A DNA stretch of 64,000 nucleotides from the human T2T-CHM13v2.0 reference genome, Homo sapiens: assembly GCF_009914755.1 (NCBI RefSeq), contig NC_060937.1. One strand, 5' to 3'. The notes beneath the pieces are model-generated. The model was not told the DNA's origin and did not search any database. It saw nothing but the letters and a program-made list of their open reading frames with translations. Below, in pieces: positions 48,902-64,000 of the stretch. A program made the position numbers and the translations under genes. Position 1 is the first letter of the stretch. Every line of letters begins with the position of its first letter.

Positions 48902-50679
48902 TCCCTATTTAGGGCATGGTCTCCCTCTGGGCATGTATAAGTGGATTCTAAAGAAACAGACATTTTGCCTCCTATAGAATGATTTGGGGGTCTCTGAGCT
49001 CTTAGGCTGATTATCTACAACAACTGATCCATAAACCAATACTGATATTATGATCTGAGAATGGCTTTATTGTATTTTACATATTAAAACATAAGCTTCT
49101 GATTTTTTTCCTTGAAAAATAATATGCTGATTTATCCTTTTTGAATTCATGACATGGTGCCTAAGAGCACAAAATTATTTTAAAAATTCAATATTAAATG
49201 ATCTCTTTTGAGTTAAATGACAAATTAGCAACGATTAGGCATATACCATTTAGAACAGATGCTGGTTCAATGTGAGTACAGTAAGAAACGCTGTTTAAGC
49301 TGCTGTTAGTTATAGGTGGTCTATGAAATAATTTCAAAAACTCTTAAATGAAAAGCTATATTTCTTAAAGACAAGGTGTATTTCTTTGGTCTGGAGCCAG
49401 GCTACTAAATCAAGAGTTGGAAAATCTTGATTATATTCATGATTCAGTTACTGTGTAATCATCAAACAAGTCATTAAGACTTTGAGACATGTTCTATGGG
49501 AATGTTTACCTCCCAAATATGTGAATTAGCCAAATATTAAGAAACCACTGCTTATGTCCTACTAGCATGTTTCATTTCCTGATACTTTAATTATTAGTAT
49601 ATCTGATGGATGGATTTCACAACTACCCTTCAAAATTACTGTTAATTAGGCTCATCTGTTTCACTGGCAGCTTTTTTTTTTGTTGTTGTTGTTAATAACT
49701 CTGCTTTTAAAACTTAGTCTTTTCCATGTGACTGTATCATCTTTACTATAGTTCCAATTCATAACTTACTATTTACAATGGTATTAAGGGTTCTACCCAT
49801 TTTAGCTTCTCATTTTAAGCTTTCACAGAAAGTCGCTATTTGTCCTCATCTAATTTTTCCTGATTTGTCTTGTTTCTCAAAATTTGTATTTTATCTTTTC
49901 TTTGTATGTTGGGGCCCTTCCCGTACTGTTGATTTCATGTTGGGGCCCATACATGTTCTTTTCATGTTGGAGCCCTCCCCGTACTGTTCCTTGATTAAGA
50001 AGATACGTTCATATATCAGTGCTTCCTTTTAAAGAAGTAAGGCCTTGGAAAGAACATTTACAACTTAAATAAGATCTTATTTTATGAAATTTAAAATATA
50101 AGACAGGAAATGAGAGACTGGGAACAAGTTTATTTCAGAAAGAAAGAGGTAAACATCAAAAGAAAAGAAAAGGTAAACAAAAGAGTAGGGGAGGAGAAAA
50201 GGCGAAGAAGCTTTTGAAAATTTTATCCTGTCTTTATACATCAAGGCCTGGCATCTTTGGCACTCCCCTCCTATCCAGGAGTCCTGTGCAGAGTCTCTGC
50301 TGTGTTTTTCAACCATTCATAGGGCTATTGAATGTGCTTAGTCATTGTATATGTTACAGAAGGTGGTAATATAGTTAATGACATGTGTGTCATTGATCAC
50401 TAGTCACAACAAAAAGTAATGAAGCAGCTCATGTGTGTCTGGTCCCTATTTCTGCTCTTTTAACCTTGATAGCCTTCCTTTCTGGGCTTGGGAGGGTGAC
50501 GTGGGTCAGGACAGGCAGGATGCTATTCCTGAACAAGTTCTCTTTCTAGATTCCAAGTGTCTATAATAGTGCCTGACCCATTGTAGGGATTCAAGAAATG
50601 TTTACTGAGTGAATGGATGAATAATTCAAGGGCTGTGAGATGAACATGGAGTGATCCAAATCCACTTAGAATCTTCTTA

Positions 50680-50766
50680 ATTCTTGTAATATTTGTTTCC
50701 TGTTAAATTAAATAATCCCATCTTTTGTTTATATGAAATATTGAGTTTATTAAGGCAAACGTTCGG
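50680..50766 (+). repeat. 87-bp dispersed duplication, copy 2
   Basis: Matches 48815-48901 at 86/87 bases. Confidence 0.95.
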
Positions 50767-50869
50767 AGGCAACAATCCTAATTCTGCTCAGACTCCTAGC
50801 ATGACCCTGGAAATGCTAAAGTGAAATCATAGAATGATTTCTCTCCATCTAACCTCACAATCACATTTC

Positions 50870-53065
50870 TAAAAATGGCTTTATAGTTAATGTGCTATAA
50901 ACAGTACAGACTTTAAGCATTCAGTTCAATAAGTTTTGATAATTGTATAAACCTGTGTAACCACTATCCCGGTAACATATAAATAATTTCTATCATTCCA
51001 GAAAGTTCCAACCTCCCTTTCTAGTTTGTCTTCACCCTCACATGCACTCTGGACTCTTTGTAGATTAGTTTTGCCTGTATTTGAATTACATATAAATGCA
51101 ATTGGTTTATATTTTATATCAGTAGATGTGTGGCTCCTTTCACTTTACAATGCTTTTGAGGTCCATCTATGTTGCTGTGTATCAGGAGTAGTATTCTATT
51201 GCATGGATTTACCTCAGTTTGCCTTTCTATCTGTTAATTGGTTGTTTTCAGGCTATGGCTATTATGAATAATATTGCCATAAACATTGAACAATATTCCC
51301 AATTCGTAACCCCTAGCACCGTTCATCTGCTCTTCATTTCTCTTATTTTCTCTTTTCAAGAATGTTTTATAAGTTGAATTTATGTCTTTTGTAACTTTTC
51401 GTAGCTGATATGTAACTTTTTGAGTTTGGCTTTTTTTTGCACTCAGCATGATATTCAGGAGATTCATCCAAGTTGTGGGTGAATTCAATCATCTGTTTCT
51501 TTCTATTGCTGAGTAGTATTCCATGGCATGATGCAGTACAATTTGTTTAACCATTCCTCAGTTGTAGGACATCTGGGCTGATTCCAGGTTTTGCTGTTGT
51601 AAATAATGCTGCTATGAACCATCATGTACAGGTTTTTGAGTGAGCATAAGTTTTCATTAATCTGGGACAAAAGCTCAAGATTTAAATTTCCAGGTCGTAT
51701 CACAGTTGCACTGCAAACTTAGTTTTACAGGAAACTACCAGGCTGCTTTCCAGAGTGGCTGCACCATTCCATATTCTCACTAGCGATGTGTGAACAATCC
51801 AGTTTTCCCCACATCCTCATCAGCGTTTCGTGTTATTATTTTACCCATTCTAATAGGTGTGTAATGATATTGAGGTTTTAATTTGCACTTCCTTGATGGA
51901 CTAAGCTCAAAGTTCAGTGGTGTTGAACTACTTTTTATGTGTTTATTTGACATATGTATTCTCTGTAGTGAAATGTTTGTTCATGCCTTTTGACTACTTT
52001 CTGTTTAGATTGTTTGTTTTTTTACTGTTGAGTTTTGAGAGTTCCTTATATACTCTTGATACTAGTTATTTGTGGGATTTTTTTCAAATGTTTCCCCCCA
52101 GTTTGCAGCCTGTCTTTTCATTCTTTTAACAGGTCTTTCACAGAGTAAAAGTTTTAAATTTTGATGAGGCTTAATTTATCCATTTTTCCTTTCAGGAATC
52201 ATGGTTTCATGCCAGGTTGCCTATCCCTACACACTGACTGGTTTTATCTTATGTCTTTTCTAAAGTCATTCTTTTTCTCTTGTTGTTTTAGAGACAAAGT
52301 ATTTCTATGTTGACCAGGCTGGACTTGAATGCCTGGGCTCAAGCAGTCCTCCTCTCTCAGCCTCATGGGTAGCTGGGACTGCAGGTGCACACCATCACAC
52401 CCAACCTAACAGTTTTATAGTTTTACATTTTACAGTTAAGTCTGTGACCCATTTTGAGTTAATTTTGCACAAGATTTGAGGTTTAGATTAAGTTTTTTTT
52501 TCTTTGCCTCTGGATGTCCAATCGTTCTAACACCGTTTGTTGAAAACGCTGTCCTTCTCAATTGAATTGCTTCTGCACCTTTATTAAAAGTCACTTAAGC
52601 ATATTTGGTGTGGGTCTATTTCTGAGTTCTCTATTCTGTTCCACTAATTTACATGTCTATACCTCCACTAATACCACTCTGTCTTGATTATGGTGGCTAT
52701 GTTATAAACCATAATATTGAGCTGAGTGATTACTTCCATATTGTATTATTTTTCAAGAATACATAGGCTATTCTAACACCGTGCCTTTTCATATAAATTT
52801 CATAAGCTTGTGTATGTCTACAAAAATATAGACAAAATCCTCTTGCTAGGATTTTGATAGGAATTGCATTAAACCTATAGATCAATTGGGAGAATTGGCG
52901 TATTTATTATGACGAGTCTTTCAATTCATAAACACAGTCTGTCTGTCTCTTTATATATTTAATCTCCTTGGATTTACATTAGCATTTTGTAATTTTCAGC
53001 ATACAGATTGTGTATATGTTTTGCTAAATTTATACCCAAGTATTTTAATTTCATTGGCATGATTG
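50870..53065 (-). mobile_element. Old L1M (L1MB/MC-like) fragments with an embedded FLAM (~52270-52407)
   Basis: ORF remnants such as NSKTWNQPRCPTTEEWLNKL on the minus strand; T-rich L1 reverse motifs. Confidence 0.75.
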
Positions 53066-53301
53066 TGTGAAGGGAAATTTTAAATGCAGTTAGCCTTTTC
53101 CTATCCCACCATTGTATTTTATGTGTGTTGGGTGGAGGGGGTATACAACTTGTATTTTAGTTTGTAGGATGTCAGATTGAGAGGAGACACATCTAGATGT
53201 GATGAAGAGGACTGGGCATCTTCTAGAATTCCAGGGCATTGAGACACATTTAATAACTGGAGGAAGTTTTGGATTGTCTGTCTTGAGAAATGGGCATATT
53301 C

Positions 53302-53737
<436 letters not shown>

Positions 53738-54399
53738 TTAGTTTACAAAATCACCTAATTAGTGACTTCATTTTCCAGCTTCTCTTATATTTTGGTGTGG
53801 CCATGTGATTTAGCTCTGGTCAATGGGATAAAAGTGAATGTGATATATGGAATTTTGGAACTGTACCCACAAAGGGAAGGAGTGTACTCATCATATTCCC
53901 TCTTCCTTTTTTCCTTCTGCCTGAAACATGAATGCAGGGTTGAGCACTGTTTGAGGAGAATGACGACAACACTCCAGGATACTGAAACAATAAGATGGAA
54001 GGACCCTGACAGTCGGGAGCTGCTATATCCACCAAAAACTGCTCATTTTTTATCTTTTTACTTTCATTCTAACGTGTAAGACTACCAACCAATACACACT
54101 ATCACTATTTTGGGGCAATCATTTCTCTATGTGAATATCTTTATATGGTTGAAATTATACTCTATTTTCATTTCTATATGCTTATTTTTACAAAACAACA
54201 TATTGTGACTATATTTCTTGGTCAAAAAATGTACATCTACAATTACATTGAAAAATAGTGACTGGTATTCCATTAGGCACCCACCATAATTTGGTTTCCT
54301 CATGTTGGACAGTTTTTGCTCTGATAGTACTGCAATGAACATTTTTCTCTGTAAATTTTTGACCATTTTTCTGATTATTTTTTTAAGATAGATCACTAG

Positions 54400-54706
54400 G
54401 GCTGGTCGTGGTGGCTCATGCTTGTAATCCTAGCACTTAGGGAGGCTGAGCCAGTGGATCACCTGAGGTCAGGGGTTCAAGACCATCCTGAGCAACATGA
54501 CGAAACCCCGTCTCTACTAAAAATACAAAAATTAGCTGGGCGTGGTGGCGTGCGCCTGTAGTACCAGCTACTCAGGAGGCTGAGACAGGAGAATTGCTTG
54601 AACTAGGGAGGTGGAGATTGCAGTGAGCCGAGATCATGCCACTGAACTCCAGCCTGGGCAACAACAGAATGAGACTCCATCTCAAAAAAAAAAAAAAAAA
54701 AAAGAA
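54400..54706 (+). mobile_element. AluS (Sx-like)
   Basis: 15-bp TSD aagatagatcactag. Confidence 0.93.
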
Positions 54707-55463
54707 AAGATAGATCACTAGAATTAGTCATTACTATTTGAGCAAGAGTATTTGGTTCTTAAAACTCACAACTTGCTTCCATGAAGTTATACTAATTTAC
54801 ATAGCCACACCACAAATGCTGCAGGAGAATGTATGTTTTCCTACCTCCTTAAGATAATTAACATTTAAAATGCTTTTGCTATTCAAATATGGGAAAATAA
54901 TATTATTTCATTCTTTGTTTCAATTTACGTATTTTTATGACTCATTAGGTTGAATTGGTTTTCTCATGTTTATCAGACACATGAAATCCTCCTTCTATGA
55001 ATTTGCTACTCATATTTATTTCTCATATTACTATTGATTCTTAGATATTGTTTTCATTATTCAATTTCTATGAATTCTCTACATACTGGAATACTCATTC
55101 TTTATAAAATCATGGCATATGTTTCCAATTTGATCTGTCTTCAACTTTATGATTTTTGATAAGCCAAAGTTCTAAACATATATCTATTTTGAATATATTG
55201 ACTTTTTCCTTAGTTATTTCTTCCATTACTTTCAGGGTTAGAAAGCATTTCTTTCTTCAAAAATAAGACATTGTTTTAAATTTTGTTATATTTAAAATTT
55301 GTTTTATTTTTGATATTGATTTCTGAAAGCAACTTAAAATGCATTTCACTGTGTGGTATGAGGAATCTAAAGAATTGTTTCTAAATACCTAGCTCGTTTT
55401 CTCGTGACATAATTTGAATATTTCATTTTTTCTCTGTTGTTTTATGATGCTTGCTTTGTCACA

Positions 55464-55817
55464 TGTCTCAATTCAATTTGGGCTGCTCTAACAAAGCACC
55501 GTGGATTGGGTGGCTTAAACAATGAACAGTGTTTTCTCACAGCTCTGGAGGCTTGAAGTCTGAGATCAGGGGCCAGGATGGTGGCATTCTGGTAAGGATC
55601 CTCTTCCAGGTTGCAGACTGCCAACTTCTTGGATCCACACAGTGTGTGAAAAGAGAGAGAAAGCAAGCTCTCTCATAACTCTGATGAGGGCACTAATCTC
55701 ATTCCTGAGGCCTCTACCCTCATGGCCTCATCTAAATCCTAATGACCTCTCAATAACCCCACCTTCTAATTCATCACATAGGAATTTTGGAGGAACACAA
55801 GTGTTCAGTCCATAACA
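55464..55817 (-). mobile_element. MLT1A-like MaLR LTR
   Basis: gggtggcttaaacaat...ttctcacagctctggaggcttgaagtctgagatcaggg...ttcagtccataaca. Confidence 0.8.
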
Positions 55818-58201
55818 TCATATATTAAAGTTTTACATAAACTAAGGCTCATAGGGACTATCTATAAGATTCATCCATTTATTCTTTAAGTGGTAGCTTT
55901 TCTTCTTTGTTGGCTCTTTTAAATTATTTCTGAAAAGAATGAAACAGAAAAAAAGCCAAAGATAATTAATATAGAAATCATCTATATTTCCATTACCTAG
56001 ACTTAATGATTAACGTTTTAAATATTTGTATTGGTACAGTCATTTTAGTGATTTCAGCTTTATAATATTTTCTCTAGTGGGGCAACTTTCACGTCAGTTT
56101 TTTCTCCTAAGAGCTTCTTATCTACTTTCACTTACTAATTCCCTAAATAAACTTTAAAACCACTGTTAAGCTGTCCCCAAAATTCATTGAGAATAAAAAG
56201 AATTCTGTTGGCTAATAAAATAATTGGCAAGGAATTGATGTTTTCAACCAGAAAAGTGCATATTCTCTTTTTTTAAGAGACTAATTAGAACTTCTTTATA
56301 TTTCTCAATATGCTTAGTTACTTTACCCAAATTATACAATGAAATGGAAAAGTGAGATTTGTACTCATGTATTTTTTACTGAAGGTACAGTACTCTTTAT
56401 AACATTACATTCTAACATTTGGCAAAGGGCCTAAAATGTACTGATAAGATCTAGAATACGAAGCACTGTGCCAAATGCTGTGATAGAAAAACAATATTGT
56501 ATGAACTGGTTTTTGCATTCAAGGCACATTTTTTGAAAAACAAAAATCAAGTCTATGACACATGCAATTAATTAGAAAACAATGAAAGAGATCAGTGGAA
56601 TTGTTTTGCAATAGTGGTTGCTCATGGACCTCTGTGAATTGAATGACTGAATGCAAGGTGAGCTTTTACTAAATTTCCTTTTTCTTGTTGACCACTCAGC
56701 CTCTTTTTTGACTACTGCACTTTTTACTGCTCATGCTTATTTTTGCTCTGGCTTCTGGATGCCTGTGGCTATGTATTCACCAATTTTAAATAAACAGTCT
56801 ATATCCTCCAGCTGGATGCCCTGCTTTTTGAGAAATGTCTGTGGTTTTATTGCAACAAGTACTAATGGAACTTGGTCCAATTACATAAACTTATTAAATA
56901 TTATATGAATAACATTGCCACCACAACTGATGTATGTTGTGATTCACTCCCAACTCGACTGACAATAAATAGCCATTTCCCCAGACAGGCTTTTGCAGAT
57001 GACTACCTCGGTTCCTCAGTTGGCTGCTGTTCCCTCAGAAAGTGGACTTGGCTCCACAGCTGCAGAAACTACAGTATAACCAGGATGCTGATGAAAAGCA
57101 AGCCTGAAGCAGGGCAGAAAGGGAATCATTGATCACGGCATAAAATTTCTTCCCATCTTCAGGTGTAGGGAGGAGACACAGGCTAACATCAGGGGCAAAA
57201 TTCATATGACAGTTTTTATTATTTTTATGCTGGAACTTGCATAATCAAGAGTTGTGCTCTTGAAGATAGTCAATCATCTTGGTTGAATTTACATGACTTT
57301 CTTTTTTTGAGAAATTGTCTCAGAACATGCCTTCACTGCATTATTTCACACACCTTCAGCAGAACCTCATCTTGCTTCTTTTAGAGCAGCTTTGATTTCT
57401 GGAAATAGCCAAAATTCATTTGAAATGAAATCTACCAGGTAAAATTGGTAAACAAAAGATATACCTAGATTTTTGATGCTGATGGAGATGTGGCTCTGAA
57501 ATAATAACACTGATTTGTATTTGGATTTTCAACTGGCCTTAATGACTGGGAGATAAACATAATGGCAGCCTCATTGGTTTATACAGGTTTATAGGTTTAT
57601 AATTCCTGAGGTTGCTTTTTCTAAAGTCAATGCTCATTTGCAGAAATACATTCTAGTTTGCCTAATTTACTGCCAATCTGAATTCTTCTTTCATGCCTTG
57701 TCAGGAAATTGTGGGATTAAGCAGGCCTCACTATGTCCTTCTGCTGCCAAATTCAGATTTTCTCTCGTTTAGTTTGTTTCCTGTCCAAGGGGCCTGATAA
57801 AACCATTTTATGACATTGTCTCACCCAGCTGCTGATGGAATAGACAATCTATGAGTATTAAAATGATTGATTAATTGTTGGGCTACTTGGCTATTTTGGT
57901 GGGTTTCTTTTCTGGAAAATTTCAGCCATTTTGTCTTACTTTGTTATAGTTTGATGAAATCTAAATTAAAAGCTAGTCTCTTGGGTGATATTCTCTTCTT
58001 CTTATTCATAAAGAACTTAAACCTTATAGATGAATTTAATAAAATGTTAAAGGCTTACTCAGTTCAACTTTTAAACTTTTTTATTTTTTAAATAAAAAGC
58101 AGTCTAGATGCTGAAATTATGAAATCTAATTATTTGATAATAATAGTGGGACAAGCAAGGCCAATCTTAAGAAGAAGAAGAGGTGGAGTAGACAGGAATT
58201 A

Positions 58202-60792
<2,591 letters not shown>

Positions 60793-61378
60793 CAGAAATA
60801 CATTTGACCCAGCAATCTCACTACTTGGTATATACACAAAGGAGTATAAGTCATTCTGTCATAAAAACACATGCGTGTGTATGTTCATTGCAGCACTATT
60901 CACAATAGCAAAGACATGGAATCAAGATAAATGCCCATCAATGGTAGAATGGATAAATAAAATATAGTACATATACACCATGGAGTACTATGCAGCTATA
61001 AAAAAGAATGAGATCATGTCGTTTGCAGGAACATGGATGGAGCTGTAGGCCATTATCCTTAGCAAACTAATTCAGGAACAGAAAACCAAATACTGCATGT
61101 TCTCACTTATAAGTGGGAGTTAAATGATAAGAACACATGGACAGTATACATAGTAAACAGTATATACATAGAGGGGAACAACAGCACTGTGGCTTATCTG
61201 AGAATGGAGGGTGGAGGGTGGGAGGAGGGAGAGGATCTGGATAAATAACTGATGGGTACTAGGCTTAACACCCGGGTGATGAAATAATCTGTATAACAAA
61301 CCCCCATGACACAAGTTTGCCTATATAACAAACCTGCATATGTGTCCCTAAACTTAAAAGTTTTTTTTAAAAAAGAAA
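60793..61378 (+). mobile_element. 3' end of an older L1PA (PA11-13-like)
   Basis: gggtactaggcttaacacccgggtgatgaaataatctgtataacaaacccccatgacacaagttt 3'UTR. Confidence 0.85.
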
Positions 61379-62502
61379 GCAAGGTCTTAAAGAGAAAAAA
61401 TAAAAGAATTCTGGAAGCACTAACAGGAAAATTATTGCCACTGAATACTGAATATGTACTGCATGCCATACACTGTGTTTTGTACATTCCCTGTATTATC
61501 TCATTTGATTCTTGCAATTATTGTATTAGAAAGATATTTTCCACCCTACAATGAATTAGGAAATTGAAGCATCATGCTCAAGATGACACAATAATAAGTG
61601 GTAGAACTTGGCTTTAAACCTATGTCTTTTTAACCACAAAGTCCATTTTTTTTTGTCCTATGCTTTGCTGAATTATACATTGGTTGTGGGTGTAAAGGGT
61701 ATGTCAGCCATTATGGCAGAGGAGAAAAAAAATGAGACTCTCATTTTCTTCACTGGAACTCTTACGGCTCATTTAAAACTTGGTTAAAGATGTTGAAGTG
61801 ATATGAAACATAAAAATGTAATAATAGCTGGGTTTGGGCCCCTGGAAATATCAATCAATGAAAAAAGGCAGAACTGGCCTGCAACATATGTGGAGTGACT
61901 TTTCAAGTTAAAGAATAAAAACATTTTGTAGTCATCATTTTGTGTAATCTAGAATGTGTGAGGGAAGGTTATCTTTACACATCATGACACTTTGATGTTC
62001 CCATTCACTATGCCATTTTGGTTTTCTGATACAACATTTACTGTATAGTCTCTCTTCCTCTGAGGGCTTTCTTCCAGATCAAAAACATATGGAGTAGCAT
62101 GGATTATTTTGGTATGTGCATTGCCTCTTCTCTGAGGCAGAAATGTTTGCTTTTCTACAGTAAGGTCATTGGGAGACTAACTCTGCACATAGAATTTCAA
62201 ATATAGCCTTTGTATTCCATTTCACTGGCTAATTTACATATTGTTGCTTTATCACCTGTTTGCTTTGCTGAGAAAACACATTCAAGTATAGCAGAAAGTT
62301 TTCAGTTGCCCAATGACAAAAGCTGAAATATTTACAGTATGTGGAAAACTAGATCTAGGTGAGAAACTTTTTTTTTTTTTTACAAGATTCTTGTCCTCTC
62401 TTTTATTTAAACAAATTTGGAAACCATCAAGAGGGTTTGGCTTCACTTGATTCTTTGTTTTGCATCATCTCTCATGATAATATTATTTGTTCCCTTCCTT
62501 TT

Positions 62503-62718
62503 CATCTTTGGGAGCTTATTTTGTAATGTCCTGTCATATTTTATTGTTAAATTGCTTGTTTAATTGTCGATCTTCCCAACTAGATTGTAAACTCCCTCAG
62601 TCCTGAGAGATTTTCTTCTCATCTTTGGGGGCTTATTTTTTAATGTCCTGTCATACTTTATTGTTAAATTGCCTAATTGTCGATCTTCTCCACTAGACTG
62701 TAAACTCTCTCAGTCCTG
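62503..62718 (+). repeat. ~117-bp period diverged tandem duplication
   Basis: 62503-62605 vs 62620-62718, roughly 88% similar by eye. Confidence 0.88.
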
Positions 62719-63326
62719 TTCAAAACTGTACACTCATCACATAGCCAAATACTTGACACTCATGGGTTGTTTGTAGAATGAATGAGTGAGTGTTAATTGA
62801 GCGGTTGGCTTCAGTGATTTCCCTACAGGATCAATAACACTTTCCCCTCAATATTCAACCAGATAATTTTGTTATGAGCACATCATATTTTATTCTTGCC
62901 TATAATAATCTGAATACTTAAATATATTTTGCAAAGAATTTACAAAGAGGCTAACATATGCTGAGAAATTGAAGCAGGAATGGCACTGCCTTGTATGCAA
63001 ACACAGCTATCAGCTCCTCCCCATCACACCCCTCATTGAAGAGAGATTGAATCTTCTCCAGCTTAAATATCTCTGAAGCTGTTTGCCCATGGGGACTGCA
63101 AAGCTTCCAAGGCTGTGCAGCCACAAAACCTGCAGAAAGATTGTTGCCCATTGGGAACCTGAGGAGTAGTACTGACTGGCTGCCAATCCCACTAGAATTT
63201 ATTTAGATTTTAGCATTATAATTTGGACACTGCATGCATTCTTAGAAAGATGTGTGTTTAAGAGAAGTAGATCAACATGAGAAAAATCTACTTTTTTTTT
63301 TTTTTCATCTGAATTAAAAGACAACA

Positions 63327-63630
63327 GGCTAGGCGCCGTGGTTCAGCCTGTAATCCCAGCACTTTGGGAGGCTATGGCCATGGCGGGAGGATAGCTTGAG
63401 GCCGGAAGTTTGAGACCAGCCTGATCGATATAGTGAGGCCTCATCTCTACAAAACTAAAAAAAATTAGCCAGTCACAGCGGCAAGTACCTGTAGTCCCAG
63501 CTACTCAGGAAGCTTAAGCAAGAGGATCCTTGAGCCTAGGAATTCAAGGTTGCAGTGAGCTATGGTAGTGCCACTAAACTCCAGCCTAGGCAACAGAGTG
63601 AGACCCTGTCTCTTTAAAAAAAAAAAAAAA
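63327..63630 (+). mobile_element. AluJ
   Basis: ggatagcttgaggcc, ggatccttgagcctaggaattcaaggttgcagtgagctatg. Confidence 0.9.
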
Positions 63631-63894
63631 GGCAGGTCATACTGAAAACAATGTAGATTCCTAGGTGTTCAACAGATTTCCTTCATTGCAAGCCTTTTTT
63701 TGGTAGAAAAAAATGCAGAAAACATTAAAAAATTTTTATTCTTGGTAATAATATGAAGTATCTCTTACAGTAAAAGACTGATATAGATGAGTTAGCTTAA
63801 TTTTGGTAAAGTTTATTCCTTAATGCATTATCATATGGGCCTAACATTATACTATGGGTCCTTAAATTCAATTCTGCATGTATTTATCAATCAC

Positions 63895-64000
63895 TTTTTT
63901 TTTTTTGCTTTTTTAACATTTATTTTAGATTCAGAGGGTATATGTTCAGGTTTGTTACAAAGGTTTGTTATGCGATGCTGAAGTTTGGGGTATGATTGAA
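63895..64000 (-). mobile_element. L1PA (old, PA15/16-like) 3' end, runs off window
   Basis: polyT, then ttttagattcagagggtatatgttcaggtttgttac...gatgctgaagtttgggg. Confidence 0.75.

Noticed and set aside
57190-57650. Possible ancient mariner-like (MARNA) remnant
   Set aside because: Only vague resemblance; no TIRs or ORF that I could verify.

Overview
Human genomic DNA; the species call rests on a human-specific L1HS pre-Ta-type element and an AluYa-lineage element. The window holds the 5' end of OBI1/RNF219 (ORC ubiquitin ligase 1, RING E3) on the minus strand. Coding exon 1 (12854-12783, MAQTVQNVTLSLTLPITCHICLGK) lies in a CpG island, intron 1 runs off the left edge, and about 51 kb of repeat-rich upstream DNA lies to the right. 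No other protein-coding exon is supported; the other ORFs are Alu, L1 or LTR read-through, or chance. Notable features: (1) a pure (GAAA)60 tract about 190 bp upstream of the OBI1 ATG; (2) a ~1 kb fold-back in intron 1, where inverted Alus are extended by a near-identical inverted 130-bp flank duplication ending in a perfect mini-hairpin; (3) a 3.2-kb Alu-L1-L1 composite inside one 13-bp TSD; (4) young, possibly polymorphic insertions; (5) an 87-bp non-tandem doublet; (6) triple-nested LTRs and a HERV-K LTR5 solo LTR. I see no evidence for a new multi-gene system. The findings are structural or regulatory hypotheses, and repeat subfamily names come from recalled consensus sequences, not a database search.
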